A DNA stretch of 64,000 bases, from NCBI GenBank assembly GCA_964612595.1, contig CAZTFB010000004.1, forward strand, positions 193 to 64,192, read 5' to 3'. Source of the stretch: an uncultured Gammaproteobacteria bacterium. GTDB taxonomy: Bacteria; Patescibacteriota; Microgenomatia; UBA1406; HO2-37-13b. Shown here in pieces: positions 29,786 through 38,518 of the stretch. The translations under genes and the position numbers were made by a program. The stretch's first letter is position 1; each line of letters starts with the position of its first letter. The notes below the pieces were generated by a model. It was not told the origin of the DNA, searched no databases, and was given only the letters and a program-made list of their open reading frames with translations.

Positions 29786-30897
29786 GATTTCTCGTAGAAG
29801 GTAGTTATCGTATCAACGACATACCGACACTGTTCCGCAGTTAGCTCTGGGTATATTGGAAGGGATAGCATATCTAGCGCACACGCTTCGGTAACAGGCA
29901 GATCGCCCTCTTTATATTCTAGGTACATTGTTGCGCGCTGCAAATGTAAGGCGACGGGATATGGAATGCGCGTATGAATTTCCTGCCTTTTCAAATACTG
30001 GTGCAATCTGTCGCGGTCTGGAACCCGGACCACAAAATAATTATAAACACTCTCGCGATCGGGGAGAGTAGGAAGCGTTTTTATAAAAGGAATTTTTTCG
30101 CTCATCAGCTTCGTATAGTAAGCAGCAATTTCAATTCTCTGTGCGTTCCACTCATTAAGATGGTGCAGTTTAACGCGTAGGACTGCCGCCTGCATTTCGT
30201 CAAGGCGAGAGTTAAGACCAATAATCACATGGCGATATTTCGCATCTTGGCCATGATCGTGGAGCAAACGAACCATTGCCGCAATTTTCGGACTGTTCGT
30301 TGTTATAGCACCACCGTCACCGTATGCGCCTAGATTTTTTCCAGGGTAAAACGAAAAGGCAGAGAAGATACCATAGGTTCCGACTATTTTACCTTTGTAA
30401 TAGGCACCATGTGCCTGACAGGTATCTTCGATAAGATCTATGTGATGGTCAGCTTCACTAATGATATCTTGAATTTCATCAATTTTTTCTGGCTGGCCAA
30501 ACAAATGCACCACGATAACTGCGCGGGTTTTGCTGGTTATTTTTCGCTCTAAATCAGTCAAGTCTATACCGTAGTCGTCTTCTTGAATATCGACAAGGAC
30601 GGGTTTTAAACCATTCTCAACAATAGCAGTAATGGTAGATAGAAAGGTGTTTGATGGAATGATAATCTCGTCACCAGGCTGAAATCCCAACGCTCGTATA
30701 CCGATCAGAAGTGCGTCGGTACCTGAGTTAACACCGATACAATAGCGTGATCCGATGTATGCAGCGAACTCTTTCTCAAAAGCTTCGACTTGTTTACCAT
30801 GTATAAAATGCCCTGAGGTAAGCGTGTCTACCAATGCACGATCTATCTCTTGTTTTATTGATCGATACTGGGCGGCTAAATCAATGAAAGGTATCAT
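29782..30897 (-). CDS. DegT/DnrJ/EryC1/StrS family PLP sugar aminotransferase (second copy)
   Basis: 371 aa. The N-terminus is IPFIDLAAQY and the PLP-lysine motif is [18 protein letters not shown]. Confidence 0.85.
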   Translation of the reverse strand: MIPFIDLAAQYRSIKQEIDRALVDTLTSGHFIHGKQVEAFEKEFAAYIGSRYCIGVNSGTDALLIGIRALGFQPGDEIIIPSNTFLSTITAIVENGLKPVLVDIQEDDYGIDLTDLERKITSKTRAVIVVHLFGQPEKIDEIQDIISEADHHIDLIEDTCQAHGAYYKGKIVGTYGIFSAFSFYPGKNLGAYGDGGAITTNSPKIAAMVRLLHDHGQDAKYRHVIIGLNSRLDEMQAAVLRVKLHHLNEWNAQRIEIAAYYTKLMSEKIPFIKTLPTLPDRESVYNYFVVRVPDRDRLHQYLKRQEIHTRIPYPVALHLQRATMYLEYKEGDLPVTEACALDMLSLPIYPELTAEQCRYVVDTITTFYEKS

Positions 30898-30988
30898 TTA
30901 TGTGTGCTTTTCAGCGTAGGGATATAGTACACCATGAGTTCACTTCCGTAAATATAAGTAAGTGCATCAGACTGTGTATAATTACGAT

Positions 30989-31387
30989 ATGATACCGTTT
31001 ATTGGGCCGGATCTTGAACAAGCAATACGCCACACGTTTCTTTTAACGTTTCTCCATAACGCGTATCCGATCGGTCTTTTTTTGGGTATTGTGGCTGGTA
31101 TTGGGTATGCGTTGTATCATCCAAGTCGAAGAAAGATTTTGTTTGTATTGGGGCTGTCGCTGCTCCTGCTGCATTTTGAATATCAAAAACATATTGTGGA
31201 TCCACTGCTACAACAAACGCAAGTGACGCTTACGACGGTAACGCCAAGATGGAAGTTTATTTGGTTTACTGAGAAATTTATTACGAAAATTGTGCCATTT
31301 ATGTTATTCGCCGGAGGTGCTTCTGCAACAATCTTCTCGGTGCTTTTTATGAGGCGTCATGTACAAAAAAAGTGGCCTGTAGTATAA
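30989..31387 (+). CDS. Small membrane protein, unknown function
   Basis: 3-4 hydrophobic helices. I prefer ATG 30989 because TATAAT at 30977-30982 lies exactly 6 nt upstream. The track starts at GTG 30962. Confidence 0.4.
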   Translation: MIPFIGPDLEQAIRHTFLLTFLHNAYPIGLFLGIVAGIGYALYHPSRRKILFVLGLSLLLLHFEYQKHIVDPLLQQTQVTLTTVTPRWKFIWFTEKFITKIVPFMLFAGGASATIFSVLFMRRHVQKKWPVV

Positions 31388-31432
31388 TATGCACCGACGT
31401 CTGTTACGGCCACATATAGGAGAAGTACAACC

Positions 31433-31618
31433 GTGGCATTTAGTGACTACGAGCAGAAAAGCGTTTCCGGCAAGACCGAAGCAGAGGCCCTCGCAAAGGC
31501 CGACAAGCTCGTCCAGCAAGGATGGACGATCATGGCCAGAGTGATCAAGCCCGATGGCCAAACGCGTGTCGATCTCTGGCGAAAAAAGCCTGAGATAGAC
31601 AAGAAGCAGCAAAGATAA
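31433..31618 (+). CDS. 61-aa hypothetical protein in a locally GC-rich patch
   Basis: GTG start preceded by AGGAG (ataggagaagtacaaccGTG). The ORF is followed by a strong terminator. I recognise no family. Confidence 0.4.
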   Translation: MAFSDYEQKSVSGKTEAEALAKADKLVQQGWTIMARVIKPDGQTRVDLWRKKPEIDKKQQR

Positions 31619-31665
31619 TCAGACGTAGGGACGACAGTCCCGATTGCGCTTAGGCGCTATGCGCG

Positions 31666-31698
31666 GCCGGCCCCGGATCCCGGGGCCGGCTGCTTTTT
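31666..31698 (+). terminator. Rho-independent terminator
   Basis: A perfect 11-bp all-GC stem, GCCGGCCCCGG (31666-31676) pairing with CCGGGGCCGGC (31680-31690), has a 3-nt loop and is followed by TGCTTTTT. Confidence 0.8.
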
Positions 31699-31761
31699 CA
31701 ATTTTTTAACAACTTCTTAATATCCTATAAGATATTTACAATCGTGAGATGAGATGCTATC

Positions 31762-32031
31762 ATGATGTATATGACAGGAGACAAAGATGTACTAAAACTA
31801 TACAAACTACTTTCTCCATTTGAAAATCAGTGGATAGCAAGTGATCTTAAGAAAACGAAGGTGTATGCTCATGCAGAATCCTTTTTAGACTTAGATGCTA
31901 AATTATCTAAATTACATAACATACCTTCAGATGATATTTTACTCAGTTTTGTTAGTCCAAGCTATGAACCAAGCTATTTCCAAAAGAATCCAGATCAGAT
32001 TTCCGTTAAAAAAAACATACTATCTAAGTGA
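31762..32031 (+). CDS. DUF5678-like small protein
   Basis: 89 aa. FENQWIASDLKKTKVYAHAESFLDLDAKLSKL...ILLSFV resembles, from memory, the DUF5678 pattern (kWVAi.dgkVvahg.s..e....). It is paired with an aspartic protease, as is often seen. Confidence 0.4.
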   Translation: MMYMTGDKDVLKLYKLLSPFENQWIASDLKKTKVYAHAESFLDLDAKLSKLHNIPSDDILLSFVSPSYEPSYFQKNPDQISVKKNILSK

Positions 32032-32425
32032 GGACAGAAAAGATGTCGAGTTTCTATATAGACCACTCATAAATATTCATATTGGCAATCCTTTGAACAA
32101 ACGAAGAAGTTTCAAGCCCATCGAATGCCTCGTGGACTCTGGCGCTGATTTCAACTTATTTCCAAGCACCATTGCTGCATCGATTGGTATTTCGAAAATA
32201 GAAAATGAGGCTACGATATCGTTTAGCGGTTTAGGAAATAGTGTATTCATTGGCTACAAACATACCTTATCACTATTTCTACCACATAAATTTGATGTCG
32301 ATGTATATTTCTCTACACTTCAAAGAGTGCCGATACTTGGAAGGATTGGTTTCTTCGACCAGTTTAGGAGAGTAGTTTTCGATGAGCATCGTAAGCGTCT
32401 ACTGTTTGATACGGTGCAGATGTAG
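31964..32425 (+). CDS. Retropepsin-like (clan AA) aspartic protease
   Basis: CLVDSGADFNLFP contains the D-S/T-G-A catalytic motif, and the C-terminal ILGRIGFFDQF resembles the flap/dimer segment. The start is uncertain: the nearest in-frame ATG is 31964, which overlaps the upstream ORF by 68 nt. The track uses 31895. Confidence 0.6.
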   Translation: MNQAISKRIQIRFPLKKTYYLSEDRKDVEFLYRPLINIHIGNPLNKRRSFKPIECLVDSGADFNLFPSTIAASIGISKIENEATISFSGLGNSVFIGYKHTLSLFLPHKFDVDVYFSTLQRVPILGRIGFFDQFRRVVFDEHRKRLLFDTVQM

Positions 32426-32431
32426 CTATGC

Positions 32432-32437
32432 TATAAT
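32432..32437 (+). promoter_or_regulatory. -10 box (TGCTATAAT) 6 nt before ATG 32444, leaderless-type
   Basis: The sequence is tgcTATAATaatcacATG, and there is no SD-like purine run. Confidence 0.55.
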
Positions 32438-32443
32438 AATCAC

Positions 32444-33400
32444 ATGCAAAAAAAGATTGTTGTGACAGGCGGGGCAGGGTTTATTGGCTCACATCTTTCC
32501 CAGAAACTTCTTGACGAAGCCTTCGATGTGCATGTCATCGATGACATGAATAATTTCTACAGTCCTGAAATAAAAATGCAGCATATTACTGCGCTCTCAA
32601 AAACAAAGAATTTTTACTTCTACGAAAACGACATAACCCATGGCAAAGACATGATGAAGATCTTTGAGTATGTGAAGCCGCAGATGGTGGTGCACCTCGC
32701 TGCGCGAGCCGGCGTTCGACCATCGATAGAGTTTCCCGAACTCTATGCCCACGTCAACATCCTCGGCACATTAAACCTTCTGCAAGCAGCAAAAAAAGTC
32801 GGCATCGAACAGTTTATCTTTGGATCGTCCTCGTCAGTCTACGGCAACAGCCCAGACGTCCCGTTCACCGAAACCGATCCATGCAACCATATGATTTCAC
32901 CGTACGCCGTTACCAAACGAAACGCAGAGTTACTCTGCAAGCTGTATGCAGAAACCGAGAAAATTCCAACGACAGCACTGCGGTTCTTCACCGTCTATGG
33001 ACCGCACCAACGACCCGATCTCGCTATCCATTCATTCATGAAAAAAATTGTGAACGGCGAACCGATACCAATGTTTGGCGATGGAACAACCGCGCGCGAC
33101 TATACCTACATTGACGACATTGTCGAAGGAATCTATGCAGCTGTGCAAAAACCACAGGCATTTGAAATCATTAATCTTGGCAACTCTCATCCAATGCAGC
33201 TTTCTGAGATGATTGCAGAAATCGAAAAAGCGATGGGAAAGAAGGCAATCATCGATCAACAACCCATGCAAAAGGGCGACGTTGAACGTACATTCGCGAA
33301 TATTGAAAAAGCAAAAAACCTCTTAGGTTGGGAACCAAAGACATCATTCACAGACGGAATTCAAAAAATGGCCGAATGGTATAATGAGACCTATGGCTAA
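32444..33400 (+). CDS. NAD-dependent NDP-sugar epimerase (UDP-glucuronate/UDP-hexose 4-epimerase-like SDR)
   Basis: 318 aa. VVTGGAGFIGSHL, GSSSSVYG and YAVTKRNAE (YxxxK) are present. The subfamily assignment is tentative. Confidence 0.7.
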   Translation: MQKKIVVTGGAGFIGSHLSQKLLDEAFDVHVIDDMNNFYSPEIKMQHITALSKTKNFYFYENDITHGKDMMKIFEYVKPQMVVHLAARAGVRPSIEFPELYAHVNILGTLNLLQAAKKVGIEQFIFGSSSSVYGNSPDVPFTETDPCNHMISPYAVTKRNAELLCKLYAETEKIPTTALRFFTVYGPHQRPDLAIHSFMKKIVNGEPIPMFGDGTTARDYTYIDDIVEGIYAAVQKPQAFEIINLGNSHPMQLSEMIAEIEKAMGKKAIIDQQPMQKGDVERTFANIEKAKNLLGWEPKTSFTDGIQKMAEWYNETYG

Positions 33401-33851
33401 GCCCACCGACCCATCAAAACATAACTATATGTTCTCCGACGATATGAAGTTTCTTCAGAAAGTCGTAGTCTTTCATCCAACAGATCCAAATAAAATACTT
33501 ATTTTAAAACGGTCGATGGATTCATTTTCTCGCCCTGGCGACTGGGATTTTCCTGGAGGGAATGTACTTTTTGGCGAATTGCACGAAGATTCTGCTCTGC
33601 GCGAAATTAAAGAAGAAACTGGTTTAGTCTTATCTGAATTACATCCAATTCAGATCATCTCGCGCTTTAATGAGCAGGCTGACATTTATTATCTTTTTAT
33701 AAACTATCGTGCTCGTGCAAATAGTGATCAGATCACCACAAGCCACGAGCACACTGAATACCGCTGGGTTACCATCGAAGAATTTGAGGCGTTGCATCCT
33801 GTTGATTTTATGCTTGAAACAGCAAAAGCAGCTTTCAACCATACTGTATGA
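33384..33851 (+). CDS. NUDIX hydrolase
   Basis: The Nudix box is GGNVLFGELHEDSALREIKEETGL. The alternative start ATG 33393 is also possible. Confidence 0.8.
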   Translation: MRPMAKPTDPSKHNYMFSDDMKFLQKVVVFHPTDPNKILILKRSMDSFSRPGDWDFPGGNVLFGELHEDSALREIKEETGLVLSELHPIQIISRFNEQADIYYLFINYRARANSDQITTSHEHTEYRWVTIEEFEALHPVDFMLETAKAAFNHTV

Positions 33852-34435
33852 ATCTATCGACATATCTTGTAGACAATCCAAAAAAGTTCCTCATCTTTGA
33901 TTTAGACGAAACCATTTTGTGGCTCCGGCTCCCATGGCAATCGTATGTCAGAAATATCGAAGAAAAACTTACCTCGGTCAATGCAGAGATTCTCAAAAAA
34001 TATCGTGACGGAGGTATGAGTCTTTCTGAGCTGCAAAACGCGTATGTTCAAACTGATGACAGCATGCTTACATTTCTTAAAAAATATAACGAGGAGTTTG
34101 AGAGTCAGCTTGAACGATATGACCCAAACATACAACTCATAGATTTTATTAAACATGATGCAACCCACATACTTTATTTGTGGAGTTCTAATTGCAGAAA
34201 AACAGTTGAAAAAACGTTGGAAGCAGAAGGAATACTTCACAATTTTGAAAAGTTGGTCACAAGAACGGATGTATCTTATATTAAGCCAGATCCCGAAGGT
34301 TTTTATCAGTTATATAAGAAGGGTAACAGGCTTCAAGATTATTTATTTATAGGAGATAGTAAGGCAGACAGAATAGCCGCAGAGAAAGCTGATATAGATT
34401 TTTTTGAAATAAACTACTTTAAACTCATTGCGTAA
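33848..34435 (+). CDS. HAD-superfamily hydrolase/phosphatase
   Basis: Motif I is LIFDLDETIL, motif II is LWSSN and motif IV is FIGDSKADRIAA. An ATGA overlap joins it to the NUDIX gene. Confidence 0.65.
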   Translation: MNLSTYLVDNPKKFLIFDLDETILWLRLPWQSYVRNIEEKLTSVNAEILKKYRDGGMSLSELQNAYVQTDDSMLTFLKKYNEEFESQLERYDPNIQLIDFIKHDATHILYLWSSNCRKTVEKTLEAEGILHNFEKLVTRTDVSYIKPDPEGFYQLYKKGNRLQDYLFIGDSKADRIAAEKADIDFFEINYFKLIA

Positions 34436-35351
34436 CGACTTCTTTAATAAAGTATTTCTTTGCACGATTTACTTCGACAAGGCTCGCTGCCAATACCCCT
34501 GTTGAAAACAGTTGCAAACCGGCAAGCAAAAAGAAAAATCCAACAAGTGGCCAGATTTTATCCGAGAGATAGTAGTTGTGAAATATCCGCGCATACGCCA
34601 TTAAAAACAAAATGGCAAACCCAATCACTATTGAAACAATCCCAAGGGATCCAAATATTTGTTGGGGGCGCGTGGCAAATTTTCGCCAAAACCACATATA
34701 TACTAGGTCGGCAAATCCTTTGAGAGGGCGCTTCCAAGTATATTTCGATACTCCATGTAGGCGTTCACGATGATTAACTTTTTCCTCGGTAACCTTGAAA
34801 CCTCTCCACAGTAAAAGAGCGGGAATAAAACGGTGCATCTCACCGTACAAATCCAAGTCATCAAACACATAGCGTTTATATACTCGAAACTGCGTACCTG
34901 CATCATGCACGCCATCATGAATAAATTTTGCACGTAATTTTTTCCATCCCCAAGACAAAAAGCGTTTTGATGATGCGTCCTTCCGCTTATATCGCCATGC
35001 ACACACGGCATCGTATCCTTCTTCAAGTTTACTAAGTAAAACAGGAATGTAGCTTGGATCATCTTGACCATCGCCATCCATAGTAATTAATATATCTCCG
35101 GTTGCATGTTTTATCCCTGCATCAAGTGCCGACGACTGACCAGCATTTTTTCTTAAACGAATAAGGGTAATAGGTGATTTTGCTAATAATTCTTCCGCAG
35201 TACCATCGCGTGAGCCGTCATCGACAAAAATAATTTCGTAGCTTTTTTGTAGCTTTTCCATTTCAGAATGAATTTCATCGTAGAGCGCTCCTGCATTTTT
35301 TGCCTCATTAAAGACCGGCACGACAACGGAATAGTTAAGGTGTTGTTTCAT
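34425..35351 (-). CDS. Polyprenol-phosphate glycosyltransferase (GT2, GtrB/ArnC/DPM1-like)
   Basis: 308 aa. YSVVVPVFNEAKNAGAL...IIFVDDGSRDGT...NAGQSSAL...ITMDGDGQDDP is followed by two C-terminal TM helices. Confidence 0.8.
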   Translation of the reverse strand: MKQHLNYSVVVPVFNEAKNAGALYDEIHSEMEKLQKSYEIIFVDDGSRDGTAEELLAKSPITLIRLRKNAGQSSALDAGIKHATGDILITMDGDGQDDPSYIPVLLSKLEEGYDAVCAWRYKRKDASSKRFLSWGWKKLRAKFIHDGVHDAGTQFRVYKRYVFDDLDLYGEMHRFIPALLLWRGFKVTEEKVNHRERLHGVSKYTWKRPLKGFADLVYMWFWRKFATRPQQIFGSLGIVSIVIGFAILFLMAYARIFHNYYLSDKIWPLVGFFFLLAGLQLFSTGVLAASLVEVNRAKKYFIKEVVTQ

Positions 35352-35616
35352 TTTTTTTCATGAGAGAAATATTACGCATATATATGAGTGATTGGAGAAT
35401 TGTTGCAACAAAGAATACAAGATCACGACGTACAAGAACATAGGAAAATAACATGACTGATGCAATAAGGCGTAGATACCAAAATTCAACGGGAAGGTGA
35501 CTCTCTTGTTTTTTTTCTGATTTATACCACTGGACGATGAAACTCAAAAAGAAAAGACCTTGAGCAACAAGCCCCCAGATGGTCCAAAAATCAATCTTAA
35601 ATCCAAAAACTATCAT
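35335..35616 (-). CDS. Small 3-TM protein, lipid-A-disaccharide-synthase N-terminal (LAB_N)-like domain
   Basis: 93 aa. WGLVAQGLFFLSFIVQWYKSEKKQES.LPVEFWYLRLIASVMLFSY matches my memory of PF07578-type proteins. It is sandwiched between a GT2 and a GT-C gene. Confidence 0.6.
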   Translation of the reverse strand: MIVFGFKIDFWTIWGLVAQGLFFLSFIVQWYKSEKKQESHLPVEFWYLRLIASVMLFSYVLVRRDLVFFVATILQSLIYMRNISLMKKNETTP

Positions 35617-36725
35617 GAATGTGCTTTTCTATTGCTCTTAATAATTAGCGAGAGCGTGTTAAAGAGTATTATATAGCAATAGGGGAGAATAAGGATAAAA
35701 TAGCGCATATAGGGCGCTTGAAATGAAATATACGCCACATAGAGTAACGGAAGTAGACTTACGAATAAGATGGGAGATATTTTTTTCCTATACACATAGG
35801 TGCTGATAAGAAGTGTGATGGCCGTAAGAGGCCATAAAAGTGGCCATTCAGGAACTTTTATCACATCGTTATTCTGCCACCACATATGATGTTGACCGGT
35901 CATAAAAAGATAGATAGCATCGCCTGGCACGCTTGAAACAGAATGATTAAACCAATACTTGAGTGTCTTAAGTTGGAAAAATATGATATTGAAGGGGGCT
36001 TGAGCAATAAATGAATGTATATAAACAGCGCAAAAAGTTAAAAATGCGATAAGAAGATGAAGAGTAAATTGGCGCGACATAAATTTTTTTCGTAGGAGAT
36101 TGTATGTGGTGATGCCGGCGATAAAAAAGAGTGCTGTTGACCAAAACTTAGATGCGGCAAACGCACCTAAAAGTATGCCTTGGAGAATAAATGATCCCGG
36201 CATATAGAGATGTGATAACACGTACGCAAACGCAAACATCGACTGGCCGAGATCGAGAAGCGCATGCTGCGACACATCGGTAAAGACGGGGTCAGCGATA
36301 AGAAACAAACACGCGAGATAGGCGACCCAGGATTTTTTTGTGAGGAGCAGCGCGGCAAAATAGGTGAGTGCAAGTAGCGCGCTGCCAAAAAATAACTGAA
36401 TAAGATATGGGTTTCCAAATAAGCGTGTGGTATATCCGTAGAAATATTTAATGAGGGGAGGATGTTGAAAATTATATGCTGTGGGATCAAAACCATACAC
36501 ATACAGATACCCCGCAGCCATATGGATATCCTCATCAGAAAGATACACACGTCCCGTCACATGTCGCGTAATATCTTGAGATTTAAAATATTGTTCCAGA
36601 CGAGTTGGTGAAAACTTGAAACTAAAAATATGCGGCGCTACATAGTACATGCGCACATAGTAGATAATAAGTATGGAAAGAATTGCTGCGAGAGTCCAAA
36701 AGAGAGAATTATTCTTTCCAGCCAT
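35613..36725 (-). CDS. GT-C membrane glycosyltransferase, PMT-like (copy 3, short)
   Basis: 370 aa, multi-TM. The first loop YLSDEDIHMAAGYLYVYGFDP has an acidic DE(D) motif. Confidence 0.55.
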   Translation of the reverse strand: MAGKNNSLFWTLAAILSILIIYYVRMYYVAPHIFSFKFSPTRLEQYFKSQDITRHVTGRVYLSDEDIHMAAGYLYVYGFDPTAYNFQHPPLIKYFYGYTTRLFGNPYLIQLFFGSALLALTYFAALLLTKKSWVAYLACLFLIADPVFTDVSQHALLDLGQSMFAFAYVLSHLYMPGSFILQGILLGAFAASKFWSTALFFIAGITTYNLLRKKFMSRQFTLHLLIAFLTFCAVYIHSFIAQAPFNIIFFQLKTLKYWFNHSVSSVPGDAIYLFMTGQHHMWWQNNDVIKVPEWPLLWPLTAITLLISTYVYRKKISPILFVSLLPLLYVAYISFQAPYMRYFILILPYCYIILFNTLSLIIKSNRKAHS

Positions 36726-37719
36726 GTGGATGCTGGGTATACCAGGTAACTAGTGATGTTGCGCTCTCAGCTAGTGATCGCGATGGTTTCCAATTAAGTA
36801 CACGCGCGGCTTTTTCAGTCGCCGCGACCATCGTCGCGTACTCTCCCTGCCGCGCGGGACCCTGTTCAAATTCTGGAAATTTCTTTCCGGTTGCATCCTC
36901 AACCGCTTTAATAATTTCCAAAACAGAGTTACCATTTCCTGTTCCTAAATTAATTGTCTCGTTCTTTCCACCAGTCCATAAATATTCCAGTGCCTTAATG
37001 TGCCCTTCATTAAGATCAACAACATTGGTGTAATCCCGAATCGGTGTGCCATCGGGAGTCTCGACCTTTGGACAGGTGAGATAAAATTTCTCAAGTCCGA
37101 GGATGCCGCGTATGGCATTTTGCATCATATGAACTGATGGTTTTTTTGAGTCGCCGAAAAGCCCATCGTCAGAAGCTCCGCATACATTAAAATATCGCAG
37201 TGTCACATAATGAATATCTTTCAACTCTCCGAACCAGTTGATCATTTTTTCAACCATTCGCTTGGATTCGCCATAAGGATTGGCAGGATTTGTTGGATGC
37301 TTTTCATCAACGGGTACATACTCTGCTTCACCATAAACCGCACACGTCGAGGAAAACACAATGTTCTTAACCTCATTCTCGAGCATAGATTTGAGTAAAG
37401 ATAAGCCGATGGTGACGGTATTAAAATATTTTCCAGGATTCTGCATTGATTCGTTAACGGAGCAGGGAGCTGCATAATGTATGACACCATCGATATTTTT
37501 CTCTTCCCAGAAAACTTTATGAATGCCCGTTTCGATGGAGGTGATATAGTATCTAAATTTCTCTTTACCAAACTTTTCTTGGAGAAGTTCGAGCGGCTCT
37601 TTGTAGCCATTTGATAGATCATCGACTGCCACTACTTCGTATCCGCTCTGCAATAGCTTATATGCGCCGTTTGAGCCAATATAGCCACCTGCGCCTGTAA
37701 GCAATACTTTCTTCGCCAT
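36709..37719 (-). CDS. galE: UDP-glucose 4-epimerase
   Basis: 336 aa. VLLTGAGGYIGSN, FSSTCAVYG, YGESKRMVE and VTLRYFNVCGA are typical of GalE. Confidence 0.85.
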   Translation of the reverse strand: MAKKVLLTGAGGYIGSNGAYKLLQSGYEVVAVDDLSNGYKEPLELLQEKFGKEKFRYYITSIETGIHKVFWEEKNIDGVIHYAAPCSVNESMQNPGKYFNTVTIGLSLLKSMLENEVKNIVFSSTCAVYGEAEYVPVDEKHPTNPANPYGESKRMVEKMINWFGELKDIHYVTLRYFNVCGASDDGLFGDSKKPSVHMMQNAIRGILGLEKFYLTCPKVETPDGTPIRDYTNVVDLNEGHIKALEYLWTGGKNETINLGTGNGNSVLEIIKAVEDATGKKFPEFEQGPARQGEYATMVAATEKAARVLNWKPSRSLAESATSLVTWYTQHPHGWKE

Positions 37720-37751
37720 ATATTCTCATTATAATACACTAAAGAGTGTTT

Positions 37752-38450
37752 TCAGTTATATAGCCGTGATAATCTTTCGTATGTTCCTTCCTCTGGCACC
37801 TTACGTGTCGGCAAGAAAAAAGCAAGCATATAGCCTGCTACAAATCCACCAATGTGTGCAAAGAAAGCGACGCCTCCATCGTTGATTTCAATCGTCGCCA
37901 GACTGCTGACGCCGCTGATAATTTGCAGGAGAAACCAGTAGCCTAAAAATATCCATGCAGGGAGAATAACTCTATGCCATAAGCCGAAGAAAGAGGGGAC
38001 AAGTGTAACAATGCGCGCATCTTTAAATAGTTTTAGATATGCGCCTGTTACCCCTGCTATGGCGCCGGAGGCGCCAATTAGTGGTATTGAGCTTGTCGGA
38101 TCGATTATATATTGTGCTCCGACAGCAGCAATGCCGCAGATTACATAAAAGACGAAATAGCGGAGATGGCCGATCCTATCCTCAACATTGTCCCCGAAAA
38201 TATGCAAGAACCACATATTGAAAATGATGTGAAGAAATCCACCATGCATCCACATGGATGAGATGACCTGATACCAGGTTGTCGGATCGATAAGAGAAAA
38301 TCGTGAAGGCACAAACCCATGAGCGATAATAAATGCTTCGATATTCGGAGCACTCAGCTGAAGTATAAAGACGAGGATGTTTGAAATAATGAAGAAGTAG
38401 TTAATGAATGGAAATGAAGTTCGCTGATTGGTATCATGAAGTGGAATCAT
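37752..38450 (-). CDS. Rhomboid-family intramembrane serine protease
   Basis: WMHGGFLHIIFNMWFL, GASGAIAGVTGAY (catalytic Ser) and AHIGGFVAGY (catalytic His) are present. Confidence 0.85.
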   Translation of the reverse strand: MIPLHDTNQRTSFPFINYFFIISNILVFILQLSAPNIEAFIIAHGFVPSRFSLIDPTTWYQVISSMWMHGGFLHIIFNMWFLHIFGDNVEDRIGHLRYFVFYVICGIAAVGAQYIIDPTSSIPLIGASGAIAGVTGAYLKLFKDARIVTLVPSFFGLWHRVILPAWIFLGYWFLLQIISGVSSLATIEINDGGVAFFAHIGGFVAGYMLAFFLPTRKVPEEGTYERLSRLYN

Positions 38451-38486
38451 ACTTTAGCATTATAGCAGGATGCCGGACACGATCCT

Positions 38487-38505
38487 CACAGGACCAGGTC
38501 CTGTG
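38487..38505. promoter_or_regulatory. Perfect 19-bp palindrome abutting the -10 box of the SIMPL-domain gene
   Basis: The palindrome is CACAGGACC-A-GGTCCTGTG. It is followed directly by ATATACT, where TATACT at 38507-38512 lies 6 nt before ATG 38519. Confidence 0.45.
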
Positions 38506-38518
38506 ATATACTATTCAT

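Noticed and set aside
36167-37622. 116-127-aa ORFs overlapping GT-C copy 3 and galE
   Set aside because: They are shadow ORFs opposite or out of frame to strongly supported genes.
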